Assembly: GCA_963753435.1 (NCBI GenBank) | Contig: CAVWCF010000001.1 | Location: forward strand, 1,216,001 to 1,280,000 | Direction: 5' to 3' | Source of the DNA: an uncultured Actinomycetota bacterium | Lineage (GTDB): Bacteria; Actinomycetota; Actinomycetes; CAVWCF01 | Length of the DNA stretch: 64,000 nt | Part shown: positions 62,967 through 64,000 of the stretch, one piece after another | Layout of the letters: each line of letters begins with the position of its first letter | Position numbering within the stretch: the first letter of the stretch is position 1 | Made by a program: the position numbers and the translations under genes | The notes under the pieces: generated by a model | What the model saw: only the letters and a program-made list of their open reading frames with translations | Databases searched by the model: none | Told to the model about the DNA's origin: nothing

Positions 62967-63020
62967 CCAGTCCCGCTTTCGGCTCCCACCCCGCCCTCGA
63001 CGCCAAACCCGGCCGGCGGC

Positions 63021-63072
63021 GCGACCGCCGCCCCCGGCGCCGGAAGGGGGCGGCGCCGGGGGCAGTGGCCGC
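63021..63072 (-). terminator. 22-bp GC-rich hairpin after the Flp pilin gene
   Basis: Arms 63021-63042 / 63051-63072; two of three mismatches are G-U pairs on the minus-strand RNA. Confidence 0.65.
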
Positions 63073-63088
63073 AGGGGTTGGCCGGTAC

Positions 63089-63283
63089 TCAGAACAGGAA
63101 TTCGAAGCCCTTGCGGATCACGTCCCCGATGAGCTCGAGGATCGAGTCGGACGTGAGCACCTTGTAGAGCAGTCCGCCGAAACCGCACGCGGCGACGGTT
63201 CCTACGGCGTATTCGGCGGTTGTGAACCCCTCCTCGGCTGGGGCTGATCGGATCAACTGCCCGACGCGACGCGTCAAGAACAT
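63089..63283 (-). CDS. Flp-type pilin (DUF4244)
   Basis: EEG|FTTAEY prepilin motif plus hydrophobic helix. Confidence 0.88.
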   Translation of the reverse strand: MFLTRRVGQLIRSAPAEEGFTTAEYAVGTVAACGFGGLLYKVLTSDSILELIGDVIRKGFEFLF

Positions 63284-63466
63284 GAGCGACTCCTAGGACC
63301 GGCTTCGGCCGGGACGTCCCCCGCGGTCGCGGCGGCACACGCAGCCCACCGGCTACTGGCGGTGCAGGGAGGTGGTCGCACCCAAGCTGGGGAGGAATCG
63401 AGTTGTGAATCCCTTGTGGACGACGGCGATCGCGACGTCTTGGCGGAGCAAAGGCCGTTGGCCGGC

Positions 63467-64000
63467 CTAGAACAATCCCGATGCGATCCCGGCCACGATC
63501 GGAACCACACCGACGAGCACGAAGGCCGGCAGGAAACACAGGGCCAGCGGGAGGACGACCCGCACGGTCGAGGCGTGCAACCGCGCCTCGACGTCGACGG
63601 CGGCGCCGCGGCGCATGTGGTCGGCGGCACGCTCCAGCGCGTCGGCTAGGCCCGAGCCCGAACTCAGCGACCTGCGCAGCGCGGACCGGGCGATCGCGGC
63701 GGACGACCCACCTACGGAAAGCAGTTCCGACCACGCCGATGTGGCGTCGACCCCGCTATGCAAGGCCCGCGCGGCCTTGGCCAGTGAACCCGCCGTGGGC
63801 TCCCCGAAGCAGCGGCTCACGGATGCCGCGGCGCGGCCAGGAGAAGCGCCGGAGCGAAGACAAGCAGCCATCAGGTCCAGCGCGACGGTCACGTCGGCAA
63901 CCGCTGCCGGCGGCGGGCGGGGCTGAGCCCGCTGCAGCGCCCAGGTCAACACGGAAGCCGCCGCCCAGCCGACCGCCATGGACCAGGGCAGCGGGGCCAG
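63467..64000 (-). CDS. TadC/T2SS F-family protein, 5' truncated
   Basis: LDLMAACLRSG, LPLALCFLPAFVLVGVVP. Confidence 0.88.
   Translation of the reverse strand: MAPLPWSMAVGWAAASVLTWALQRAQPRPPPAAVADVTVALDLMAACLRSGASPGRAAASVSRCFGEPTAGSLAKAARALHSGVDATSAWSELLSVGGSSAAIARSALRRSLSSGSGLADALERAADHMRRGAAVDVEARLHASTVRVVLPLALCFLPAFVLVGVVPIVAGIASGLF

Overview
High-GC actinobacterial chromosome segment. Most of it is the conserved backbone: radA-disA, clpC, lsr2, lysS, coaX-nadC-nadB-panC, nuoD2, fol genes, ftsH-hpt-tilS-dacB-ppa, tRNA-Thr, holB-tmk-topA, hppA-anti-sigma-bldG-like, a DUF1998 helicase and tad genes. Two accessory inserts stand out. The first is an orphan cheB-cheR(TPR)-cheW trio converging on disA, with no cheA or MCP and a degenerate CheB receiver. 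The second is a ~13 kb block (35.6-48.5 kb) next to tRNA-Thr. It holds a divergent BciA/DVR (8-vinyl chlorophyllide reductase)-like protein, a NOL/NYC1 (chlorophyll b reductase)-like SDR, a POR/retinol-dehydrogenase-type SDR fused to an unknown His/Glu-rich membrane domain, an AKR, GGT, an unknown membrane protein and a beta-propeller. I propose it as a candidate chlorin/tetrapyrrole-modifying or catabolic system in a bacterium with no photosynthesis genes in this window; this is a hypothesis. Five genes carry single +1 insertions, most likely assembly errors. A 42-bp dispersed intergenic repeat, a 35-aa unannotated membrane sORF and many leaderless-type starts are also visible. All family calls are by motif recognition from memory; no searches were run.
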